Positions 26,841 through 35,638 of a DNA stretch of 48,065 nucleotides are shown in pieces. The first letter of the stretch is position 1; each line of letters opens with the position of its first letter. The DNA is taken from contig JANOQV010000023.1 in NCBI GenBank assembly GCA_031414955.1, positions 1-48,065 of the forward strand. The letters run 5' to 3'. A program made the translations under genes and the position numbers. The notes below the pieces were generated by a model. It saw only the letters and a program-made list of their open reading frames with translations, did no database searches and had not been told where the DNA came from. The DNA is from Pedosphaera sp. (GTDB lineage: Bacteria > Verrucomicrobiota > Verrucomicrobiia > Limisphaerales > SIBH01).

Positions 26841-29800
26841 ATGAGTGCGCCCGTCTGTCCTCGCTGCCAGGGTCCGATGTCCAGATCGGATCGGGCAGCG
26901 TATTGCCCGCGTTGTGCCGGGCGGCTGTTGCTCGACACGGATCGAACCGGCGACGCTGTTGGTGAACCGCCTGGGGCCGGGAATGTTTTCCGCCTGGGCG
27001 AATACGAACTGGGCGCGGAACTCGGACGCGGCGCGATGGGTGTCGTGTATCGCGCTCGCCAGCCGGGCCTGAAGCGCGATGTGGCGGTGAAGATGATTCT
27101 CGCCAGTCGCTTCGCCGGCGAGGCCGCGCGTAAACGCTTCCTCGCTGAAGCCGAACTGATCGCGCAACTGGATCACCCGAACATCGTCCCCATCTACGAA
27201 GTCGGGGAAACGGCGGACGGGCCGTTCTACGCGATGAAGCTCATTGAGGGCTGGACGCTGGCGGCAAAAGTTGAAGGTGGCAGGTTGAAGCTTGAAGGTT
27301 CATCGAACCAGCAACTTTCAACCTTCAATCTGCAACCGTGCGACACAGCCGCTCTCCTCGCGAAGATCAGTCGCGCCGTCCACCACGCTCATCAGCGCGG
27401 CGTGCTCCATCGCGACCTCAAGCCCGGCAACATCCTCCTCGACGCGCAAGGCGAGCCGCACATCACCGACTTCGGACTGGCGCGGAAGCTCGGCGTGGAG
27501 AGTTCGTTGACGGTCAGCGGTTCCTCGTTCGGCACGCCGGCCTACATGTCGCCCGAACAGGCGCGCGGCGAGAAGACGCTGACCACCGCGTCGGATGTCT
27601 GGAGCCTGGGCGCAATTCTCTATCATTTGCTCGCGGGCCGCCCGCCGTTCGAGGGTGAGAGCGCGCTGGAGGTGATGCGGAAGGTGATGGATTCGGAGCC
27701 GGGCCGAATGACGAATGCCGATTTACGATTTGCGAGCAGCGATGAGGGGCGGCGCGTTAATCGTAAATCAGAGATCGTAAATCCCGACCTGGAAACCATC
27801 TGTCTCAAGTGCCTGGAGAAAGACCCGGCCCGCCGCTACACCTCGGCCCGCGCGCTGGCGGAAGATTTGGAACGCTGGCTGAATCACGAGCCCATTCTCG
27901 CCCGTCCCAGGACGGCGGTGGAGCGCATCACCAAATGGGCGCAACGCCGGCCGGCCATCGCCGCACTGACCGCCCTGGCTGGCGTGTTGGTCATCGTCGC
28001 CATCACCGGCATCACCTGGCAATGGCGGCGCGCGGAGCGCAACGCTGCGGCCGAACGCGCCTCGAACGAGAAGGCGCAGGAACAACTCTGGCATTCGCGC
28101 CTCGGCCAGGCGCGGGCCGGACGCCTGAGCGGACAGTTCGGACGCAAGCGCGCGGGCCTCGAAGCCATCGCCGCCGCGGCGGCCATCCGGCCGGCGGCGG
28201 AACTGCGCGACGAGGCCATTGCGCATCTCGCATTGTTTGATCTGCAATCCGACCCGCGCCCGCGCCCGCTCACGAACGGTTTGTCTCTGCCGACGTTTGA
28301 TGACGAGGTCACGAAGTATGCCGTGGCGGACGAAGCGGCGGGCGTGATCCTTGTTCGCCGTGTTTCAGACGACGGGGAATTGTCCCGCTGGCCGGCGCCG
28401 CGTGGCGTGGTGGATCTGGGTTTAAGCCCGCAGGGTCGTTACTTCTTCTTCAGCAGCGAAGGTCAGTTTTTCCTGTTCGACACGTACACCGGGCAGGAGC
28501 GCCTTCGCCTCCGCGACTGTGTGCGCGCCACCGTCAGCCCGGACGATCAGACGCTGGTCGTAATTGATCGGAACCTGCGCGTCCGCTTCCACGACACTGC
28601 CACCGGGCAGGCGCATCCCCAGGAACTGACCATCCGGAAGGCCGATAACAATTACCTCTACTGGTCGCCCGACAGCCGGTTCCTCATCCTCATTGACAAT
28701 GACCGGCTGGAAATTTGGGACTGGCGGCGACACGAGCGCGTCGAGCGCCTGCCTAACGAATGGACGTTGAGCGGCGCAGTGGCCTGGAGAGGCGAGTGTC
28801 TCGCGTTTGGTGACAACCTCGGCGGCATCCAGGTGTGGAACAGCCGGACCAGAAAACTCCGCCGACTGTCTGGGCATGACGATGCCATCTATCATCTGCT
28901 GCTGCCGGCCGATGGTACGATGCTCATTTCCGTCTCCCCGGACGGCACGACGCGTTTTTGGAACACGGCCACCGGTCAGTTGGTACTCACCACGGACCGG
29001 GGCTTCGCGTGGGAATTCAGCCGCGACGGACGGCGCGTCGCTTATCGTACTCCCTCCAGTTGGGGCGTCTGGCAGACGGAACCTTCGCGAGAATACCGCC
29101 TCATCTCCACGCGCGAACAGATTAGCAGTCCGGTCTCGACGGCTGACTTCAGTCCGGACGGACGGGCGTTGCTCACGTCCGCGCTGTGGTCGGGCGTGCA
29201 TTGGGTGGATTTGAACAGCGGACGGGTGGTGAAGCTGGACTCCGGCCGTCCGCGCGCCGGGTGGTTCCTGCCGGATGGACAAACCATCCTCACCAGCGGG
29301 GACAACCAGCCGGCCTTGTTCCGACCGCTCACGCTGATCACGAACGCCGCTGGAGAACTTCTGCCCCGCCTTGGCCCCGGGCACGCGGCGGCCGATGTGG
29401 AATGGCGAAACTCCGACGTCGTGAGCCTCAGCGACGACGGCCGCTGGCTGGGCACCCGGCTGAACAGTCGCGAGGTTGTGGTGTTTGACCTGACCGGCAC
29501 GAACCCCGTGCTCCGGCTGCGCGGCCCGGCGCGGGCGAGCCGCCCCACCTTCGGCGCGGAAGGCCGCTGGATTGTCACCAGTTGTCCGGAACACGGCCCG
29601 GTTCTCTGGGACGGACACACGGGCGAACTGGTGCGTGTGCTCCACTCTCATCCCGGCTACGGCCGCGCACAGTTCAGCCCGGACGGACGGAGGCTTGTGA
29701 CCAGCGACCCGACGGGCGTGCGCTTTTACGACACGGCCAACTGGGCCGTGCTCCGGCATTGGCCTACCCATCCGGGCAGCGACCTGGTCGGTGCGATGGG

Positions 29801-30047
29801 CTTCACCCCCGACAGCCGCATGGTGGCCGTGACCACCGGCAAGCGAGAACTCCGCCTGGCCGACGCCCGCACCGGCGAGCGACTCGCCACGCTCATCTCC
29901 CCCGAGCCGCGCGCCATTAACACGCTGCGCTTCAGCCGCGACGGCCGTCAGCTCGCCGTGGCCACCACCACCGACGCCGTGGACCTGTGGGACATCGCAA
30001 GAATCGAGGACGAGTTGAAGAAACTCGGACTGGCCCTCCAGCCGTAG
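26841..30047 (+). CDS. Hanks-type Ser/Thr protein kinase with Zn-ribbon, TM helix and WD40 repeats
   Basis: CPRC..CPRC; LGRGAMGVVY, VAVK, HRDLKPGN, DFGLA, GTPAYMSPEQ, SDVWSLG; TM segment AIAALTALAGVLVIVAITGITWQW; FSPDGR-type WD40 repeats. Confidence 0.95.
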   Translation: MSAPVCPRCQGPMSRSDRAAYCPRCAGRLLLDTDRTGDAVGEPPGAGNVFRLGEYELGAELGRGAMGVVYRARQPGLKRDVAVKMILASRFAGEAARKRFLAEAELIAQLDHPNIVPIYEVGETADGPFYAMKLIEGWTLAAKVEGGRLKLEGSSNQQLSTFNLQPCDTAALLAKISRAVHHAHQRGVLHRDLKPGNILLDAQGEPHITDFGLARKLGVESSLTVSGSSFGTPAYMSPEQARGEKTLTTASDVWSLGAILYHLLAGRPPFEGESALEVMRKVMDSEPGRMTNADLRFASSDEGRRVNRKSEIVNPDLETICLKCLEKDPARRYTSARALAEDLERWLNHEPILARPRTAVERITKWAQRRPAIAALTALAGVLVIVAITGITWQWRRAERNAAAERASNEKAQEQLWHSRLGQARAGRLSGQFGRKRAGLEAIAAAAAIRPAAELRDEAIAHLALFDLQSDPRPRPLTNGLSLPTFDDEVTKYAVADEAAGVILVRRVSDDGELSRWPAPRGVVDLGLSPQGRYFFFSSEGQFFLFDTYTGQERLRLRDCVRATVSPDDQTLVVIDRNLRVRFHDTATGQAHPQELTIRKADNNYLYWSPDSRFLILIDNDRLEIWDWRRHERVERLPNEWTLSGAVAWRGECLAFGDNLGGIQVWNSRTRKLRRLSGHDDAIYHLLLPADGTMLISVSPDGTTRFWNTATGQLVLTTDRGFAWEFSRDGRRVAYRTPSSWGVWQTEPSREYRLISTREQISSPVSTADFSPDGRALLTSALWSGVHWVDLNSGRVVKLDSGRPRAGWFLPDGQTILTSGDNQPALFRPLTLITNAAGELLPRLGPGHAAADVEWRNSDVVSLSDDGRWLGTRLNSREVVVFDLTGTNPVLRLRGPARASRPTFGAEGRWIVTSCPEHGPVLWDGHTGELVRVLHSHPGYGRAQFSPDGRRLVTSDPTGVRFYDTANWAVLRHWPTHPGSDLVGAMGFTPDSRMVAVTTGKRELRLADARTGERLATLISPEPRAINTLRFSRDGRQLAVATTTDAVDLWDIARIEDELKKLGLALQP

Positions 30048-30105
30048 CGCCGTCCCGCCGGCATTCGAGCGCGCCTCCCGCAAAAGCTGGTTCCAAAAGA
30101 TTTCC

Positions 30106-30145
30106 CGTCATCGCCGCGCGCGGTTTCCGATTACTTCTGGTGAAC
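30106..30145 (+). promoter_or_regulatory. Candidate ECF-dependent promoter motif, copy 2
   Basis: CGTCATC-N14-CCGAT-N8-GTGAAC upstream of the fibre gene. Confidence 0.55.
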
Positions 30146-30192
30146 ACCGCTCTGGCCCGGTGGCCGGGGTTGAAACAAAACCAACAACACGC

Positions 30193-32580
30193 ATGAACAA
30201 AACCATCCTCACGGGTCTCTGGGCCCTGCTGCTCGCCGCGGGAACAGTCCACGCCCAATCCACGACGTTCACCTACCAGGGTCGGTTGAACTCCACCACC
30301 AACCCGGCCACCGGCCTCTACGACTTCAGCTTCAACCTCTTCGCTCTCAGCAGCGGCGGGGTGGTGCGGACCACATCCAACGGGTTGGTCGCCGTGCCCG
30401 TGACTAACGGCCTGTTCACGGTCGCGCTGAATTTCGGCAACCAGTTTCCAGGCGCGGATCGCTGGCTGGAAATCGCCGTGCGCACGAATGGGGCGGGCGG
30501 CTACACCGTGCTGGCTCCGCGACAGCCCCTCACGCCCACGCCTTACGCCATCCGAGCGGCCTCGGCGGGAACGGCCGCCACGGCGGGCACGGCGACGAAC
30601 GTGACGGCGGGGAGCATCATCGGCGCGTCCATCGCCACCAATGTGATCGATTCCAGCAAGATCACGGACGGGACCATCACGGCCATCGACCTGAGTGGCA
30701 CGTTGCTCTCAAACACTTTCTGGCGGCTACTGGGCAACGCGAACACGACGCAGGGCGTGCATTTCCTCGGCACCACGGACAACCAAGTAATGGAATTCCG
30801 CGCCAACAACACACCGGCGTTGCGTCTGAGCCGCATCAACACCACGGCCGTGCCCAATCTGATCGGCGGGTTCGGTGGCAACTTGGTGGCCGGGGGAGCG
30901 CAGGGAGCGAACATCGGCGGCGGCGGCGGCGTTGGAAACACGAACCGCATTCTCAGCGGCAACGCCACGACCATCAGCGGCGGTTCCGGCAACACCGTGT
31001 CGGGCGAGGGCGGCGTCATCGGCGGCGGCGTGGCGAACACTGTCAGCGGTCAGTATTCGACGGTGAGCGGCGGACAAAACAACTCGGCCTCCTTCGGCAG
31101 CGCGGTGATCGCGGGCGGCGACAACAACACGGTGGGGAATGACCGGGCCACGGTCAGCGGCGGCTACAGTAATCGCGCCACGGGCCTGCTCAGCACGGTG
31201 GGCGGTGGTGACATCAATCTGGCCAGCGGCCAGGCCGCGACAGTCCCCGGCGGATCGCTCAACGCGGCCACTGCGTCCTATGCGCTTGCTGCTGGACGGC
31301 GGGCCAAGGCCAATCACCAGGGAGCTTTCGTCTGGGCGGATTCGCAGAACTTGGACTTTGCCTCCTCTTCCAACAATCAGTTCCTCATCCGCGCGGACGG
31401 CGGAGTGGGCATCGGCACCACGTCGCCCGGAAGCAGTCTTCAGGTGAAAGGTGGCATTCGCGCCAGCGGTGGTTCGCCAGGTTCCGGCGGTGTTAATAAC
31501 CGCGGCTACGCCTTCGGCGATGGCGGCGGAGACAACGACAGCGGCATGTTCAGCTCGGCCGACGGGCAGTTGGAGTTTTATGGAAATAGCGCGGAGCGGA
31601 TGCGTATCGCCTCCAATGGCAACATCGGCATCGGCACCGCATCGCCCTCCACGCTGATGGATATCGCCGGCACAACCACGGTGCGGGGCGACATCATCGT
31701 GGATGGCAACGCGGCCAACGCCGGGACTACGACGCCGGGCCTGATCTTCGGAGGTAACAACGTCACCAGCGGCGAGGCGATTGCCTCCCGCCGCACCGCG
31801 GGGGCCAATCAGTATGGTCTCGATTTCTACACCAGCTACCAGAATCGCCTGAGCATCGCCAACAACGGCAGCATCGGCATCGGCACCCCGACTCCCGCAG
31901 GAGCCTTGCTCGACATCGAGGGCAGCGCCCGGATGAATAACAACGACATTTTCCTCCGCGATGGAACCGATGCCAATCACGGTCTCGGGTGGTACGGGCA
32001 AATCTCCGGCGAAATTGACAAACGTTTCAGCGGAGTGAACGTGGATGGACCAGTGCTTTACGGTTATGCAGGAGGTGCTCTGGCCACCAAGGAGGGCGGA
32101 GACAAGATCGCGCTGCACTGGAACTCTGCCGGTGAAGTCACGGTCAAGGTGCTCACCATCACGGGTGGCGCGGATCTCGCGGAGCCGTTTCCGGTCAAGG
32201 ATGAGGATATTGAACCGGGCAGCGTCATGGTCATCGACGACGAGCATCCGGGACGCTTGAAACTCGGCCAGGAACCATACGACACACGCGTGGCCGGCAT
32301 CATCAGCGGCGCGGGGGGTGTCCAGCCCGGCATCGCGCTCCACCAGCAGGGCGTGCTGGAGGGCGGCAAGAACGTCGCGTTGACCGGGCGGGTTTACGTG
32401 CGGGCTGACGCGACGGACGGCGCGATTCGTCCTGGAGATCTGCTGACCACCAGTTCGAACCCGGGCCACGCCATGAAAGTAGCCGACCACGCGCGCTCCC
32501 AGGGCGCGATCCTCGGCAAAGCCATGAGCGGCCTGAAAGAAGGGCAGGGTCTGGTGCTGGTGCTGGTGACCTTGCAATGA
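30193..32580 (+). CDS. Secreted tail-fibre/tailspike-like protein with C-terminal Peptidase_G2-like intramolecular chaperone
   Basis: Sec signal (..VHA-Q); FTYQGRL..GLYDF..NGLFTV N-domain; GG..N repeats; three GIGT.(S/T)P repeats; tail GADLAEPF..PGSVMVID..VAGIIS..VALTGRVYV..GDLLTTS..GHAMK..GKAM. Confidence 0.75.
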   Translation: MNKTILTGLWALLLAAGTVHAQSTTFTYQGRLNSTTNPATGLYDFSFNLFALSSGGVVRTTSNGLVAVPVTNGLFTVALNFGNQFPGADRWLEIAVRTNGAGGYTVLAPRQPLTPTPYAIRAASAGTAATAGTATNVTAGSIIGASIATNVIDSSKITDGTITAIDLSGTLLSNTFWRLLGNANTTQGVHFLGTTDNQVMEFRANNTPALRLSRINTTAVPNLIGGFGGNLVAGGAQGANIGGGGGVGNTNRILSGNATTISGGSGNTVSGEGGVIGGGVANTVSGQYSTVSGGQNNSASFGSAVIAGGDNNTVGNDRATVSGGYSNRATGLLSTVGGGDINLASGQAATVPGGSLNAATASYALAAGRRAKANHQGAFVWADSQNLDFASSSNNQFLIRADGGVGIGTTSPGSSLQVKGGIRASGGSPGSGGVNNRGYAFGDGGGDNDSGMFSSADGQLEFYGNSAERMRIASNGNIGIGTASPSTLMDIAGTTTVRGDIIVDGNAANAGTTTPGLIFGGNNVTSGEAIASRRTAGANQYGLDFYTSYQNRLSIANNGSIGIGTPTPAGALLDIEGSARMNNNDIFLRDGTDANHGLGWYGQISGEIDKRFSGVNVDGPVLYGYAGGALATKEGGDKIALHWNSAGEVTVKVLTITGGADLAEPFPVKDEDIEPGSVMVIDDEHPGRLKLGQEPYDTRVAGIISGAGGVQPGIALHQQGVLEGGKNVALTGRVYVRADATDGAIRPGDLLTTSSNPGHAMKVADHARSQGAILGKAMSGLKEGQGLVLVLVTLQ

Positions 32581-32616
32581 CCACCGCTGGTTCATCACTC
32601 AACAACTGACAAGCGC

Positions 32617-34497
32617 ATGAAACTCTTCAATTCATCGTGGAAGCAAACGGTGCTGGCCGCTTGGCTGGCCTTGGGGTGCGGCCTGTGGTTAAGCCTCGGC
32701 CCGGAGGCGGCCGCCATCAGTGCCGATCCCAGGCCGTTCGAACACACTCAACCGGATGGCACCAGGGTGACGCTGCGCCTGCGTGGGGACGAATTCTTCC
32801 ACTGGCACGAAGACTTGCAAGGTTTCACCGTGGTGCGAGTCGGGAGCAGGTTTGAATACGCCCGGCTAAACGCGCAGAACGCTCTGGAAGCAACGGGGAC
32901 GCAGGCCGGCCGAACTGACCCGCGAACTCTGGGCCTGACACCCCGACTGCTGCCTCCACGCGAGGCGCGTCCTCTGAATGAGAACCGCGCGCTCACGCCT
33001 TACCGGCCTTGGCTCCAAGATGACAAGGGCGTCGGCGAAAAAATTGCCGCCAGCGGCACCGTGAGAAATCTGGTCATCCTGTGCAAGTTCAGCGACCACA
33101 CCAACGGCGTGCATACCCGTCCGCGCGAAGACTACGATGTGCTATTCAATCAAGCCGGGACAAACGCCATCGTGCCGACCGGGAGTGTGCGAGGTGCGTA
33201 CCTCGAAAACTCTTATGGCATCGTGACGCTGCAAAGCGTCGTGGTGGCCTGGGTGAATTTGCCGCAAACCGAGGCGTATTACGCTGGCGTTGACAATGGC
33301 CGGGGTACTTATCCCTTCAACTCCAGACGAATGGTGCAGGATGCGCTCGCTTTGGTCGATCCCCTCGTGGACATCGGCACGTTCGACCGGAATCGGGATG
33401 GGTTCATAGACGCCATCACCTTCATCCACTCGGGCTATGGTGCGGAGCAGACTGGCATGTCGAACCAAATCTGGTCCCACAAATGGAACCTGAACACGCC
33501 GTGGATCAGCGCGGACCAGAATGCCCTGGGAGTGAATGTAAAGGTTCAGGATTTTTTCACCGTACCTGCGCTCTGGGGCGGGACGAGCAACGAGATCGTC
33601 CGCATTGGCGTCATCTGTCACGAACTCGGGCACTTCTTCGGCCTGCCGGACCTTTACGACACCGACGATTCCCCAGGCCAGGGCATCGGCTCCTGGTGCA
33701 TGATGGCGGGCAGTTGGGGCTTTGATGGTTCGCAGTGGCGTCCACCCCACTTCAGCGCGTGGTGCAAGAGCTTCCTCGGATGGGTAACGCCCGTCCCCCT
33801 CGTGGTTCCCGGCAACTACTCGATGATTCAGGCGGAGACCACTCCGGGAGCCTACCGGATCACAGCGGGCTTTCCTCCGGGGGAATATCTGCTCATCGAA
33901 AATCGCCAGCCGGTCGGACTGGATGCGAACATTCCGCAAGGCGGTCTTGCCATCTGGCACGTTGATGAAACCGTGGGCACCAACTCGAACGAGGGTTTTC
34001 CCGGACAGCCGGGCTGGCCCGGCAACGGTCGGCACTACAAAATCGCCCTGCTGCAAGCCGATGGTGCGTATGATCTCGAACGCGGGACCAACGGTGGCGA
34101 TGCCGGTGATCTCTTCCGTCTGGGCGGGGTCAATCAAATCAACACCGGTACCATCCCGAACACCGACAGCTACCAGTTCGGAATCGTTCACCCCACCTTC
34201 AATGCCATCGCGAACGTCAGCGTCTCGGGCTCGACCATGAGTTTTTTCTACAACTACTTCGCTCCAGAGTTCTGGCTGGACAGAAACCTCCTCTGCACGG
34301 CTCCCGAAACCGGCGCCTCCACTTGTACCCCTTTGTTCTTCCGACCCTACATCACGTACGCTTCGGGCACGGCGGGTACTCCGGCTGGCGGCACCCTCCG
34401 CATCCGCCCGGCCAACTATCCCGCGACGAACGTGACAGTGAACAAGTATCTCAAGCTCAAGGCCGAAGGCGGCAGCGTGAGCATCGGCAAGCCGTAA
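32617..34497 (+). CDS. M6 family (immune inhibitor A-like) metalloprotease
   Basis: Signal peptide; QPDG...GDEF prodomain; IWSHKW; HELGHFFGLPDLYD zinc motif; WCMMAGSW; EYLLIENRQ; GGLAIWHVDE. Confidence 0.92.
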   Translation: MKLFNSSWKQTVLAAWLALGCGLWLSLGPEAAAISADPRPFEHTQPDGTRVTLRLRGDEFFHWHEDLQGFTVVRVGSRFEYARLNAQNALEATGTQAGRTDPRTLGLTPRLLPPREARPLNENRALTPYRPWLQDDKGVGEKIAASGTVRNLVILCKFSDHTNGVHTRPREDYDVLFNQAGTNAIVPTGSVRGAYLENSYGIVTLQSVVVAWVNLPQTEAYYAGVDNGRGTYPFNSRRMVQDALALVDPLVDIGTFDRNRDGFIDAITFIHSGYGAEQTGMSNQIWSHKWNLNTPWISADQNALGVNVKVQDFFTVPALWGGTSNEIVRIGVICHELGHFFGLPDLYDTDDSPGQGIGSWCMMAGSWGFDGSQWRPPHFSAWCKSFLGWVTPVPLVVPGNYSMIQAETTPGAYRITAGFPPGEYLLIENRQPVGLDANIPQGGLAIWHVDETVGTNSNEGFPGQPGWPGNGRHYKIALLQADGAYDLERGTNGGDAGDLFRLGGVNQINTGTIPNTDSYQFGIVHPTFNAIANVSVSGSTMSFFYNYFAPEFWLDRNLLCTAPETGASTCTPLFFRPYITYASGTAGTPAGGTLRIRPANYPATNVTVNKYLKLKAEGGSVSIGKP

Positions 34498-34534
34498 TCG
34501 ACCGGACATCACTCCATTTCAAAACATTCTAGCC

Positions 34535-34978
34535 ATGAAAACAAAATTGCTTCTGATCGGTTCACTGCTTGCCTCGCTGTCCGCCCACGTTTCGGCGCAA
34601 AGCCTCTCCATCAACTGGCACTCCGCCGACGGCGGTGGCGGCACCAGCACGGGGGGCGTCTTCTCCGTCAGCGGCACCATCGGCCAGCCGGACGCCAGCG
34701 GGCCGCTCAGCGGCGGGAACTTCTCCGTGTCGGGCGGCTTCTGGAGCGTGTTCGCGGTGCAGACGGCAGGCGCGCCGCTGCTCTCCGTGGCGAAACAGGG
34801 AGCGAACGTGCGGGTCTTCTGGCCGTTGCCCGCCACGGGGTTCGTGCTCGATCATAATCCAACCGTCACCGGGGCTTGGTCGCAGGTTTCCTTCCCCTAC
34901 GCAACCAACGCCACGGAAATCAGCATCACCGTGGCCTCGCCCGCGACCAACCGGTTTTACCGTCTGCGCAAACCTTGA
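34535..34978 (+). CDS. Small secreted hypothetical protein (DGGGGTSTGG..SGTIGQPDA..GGFW domain plus C-terminal RFYR domain)
   Basis: Signal peptide (..VSA-Q); Gly-rich domain; ends NRFYRLRKP. Confidence 0.8.
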   Translation: MKTKLLLIGSLLASLSAHVSAQSLSINWHSADGGGGTSTGGVFSVSGTIGQPDASGPLSGGNFSVSGGFWSVFAVQTAGAPLLSVAKQGANVRVFWPLPATGFVLDHNPTVTGAWSQVSFPYATNATEISITVASPATNRFYRLRKP

Positions 34979-34993
34979 GCGACGGTGGCAGGC

Positions 34994-35578
34994 TCACCGA
35001 TGAAACGACTTCGTGAAGTCGTCGTTGGCGATCTTCACGACTTTCTTTTCCGTCTTCGAGTTGGCGATGAGTTCGTTGAGCTTCACTTCCCAGGCCGCGC
35101 CGTCGAGCGGGAGCTTCACCGGGCTGTCGATGAGCGAGGAGTAGAGAAGCACGTTGGCCAGTTCCACCGAACCCATGCCGTCATCGCCGGGCGCGATGAG
35201 CGGCGTGCCGTCGAGGATGGCATCGACGAAGTTCTGCATCAGGATGCCGTGGGAGTTGCCGGCGTCGGCGAAGGGAATCTCGCAGTTCCAGGTTTCGGGT
35301 TTGCCGAAGGCGATCTTCGCGGTCTTGCTGAACTCGATCATGTCCGCGTCGTTGCGGGTGAAGGTCAGCTTGTTGTTCTCCAGCACCAGCTTGCCGCGTG
35401 TGTCGGCGAGCTCGAACCGCAGCTGGAACATGCCGGCGAAAACTTGCTTGGGATGCTTCTTGGCGCACGCGATAAGACACTCGGCATCGGCCTGGTGCGC
35501 GGAAATAGGCTTCTCGATCATGGTGTGCAAACAGGCTTCAAGTGCGGCGAGGTCGATCGCTTGGGGAAGGCGAACCAT
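34994..35578 (-). pseudogene. Gfo/Idh/MocA oxidoreductase remnant (no Rossmann N-terminus, internal deletion)
   Basis: AALEA.LH.MIEKP motif and MFQLR joined directly to the C-terminal FE..TRGKLVLE..NFVDAIL..G..SVELAN; GxG N-terminus and central region absent. Confidence 0.7.
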
Positions 35579-35638
35579 ACCGCTGCCCCAACTGGCCGCC
35601 CGTTGACTTGGCGTGCCGCCCTGTGGTTTTGTCGCCTC

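Noticed and set aside
30193..32580. Prophage or tailocin
   Set aside because: The fibre-like gene has a Sec signal peptide, and there are no capsid, sheath, baseplate, lysis or integrase genes nearby
34985..35638. N-terminal 218 aa of the 865-aa plus-strand ORF
   Set aside because: Antisense to the Gfo/Idh/MocA remnant; the hydrolase signal peptide begins at ATG 35639
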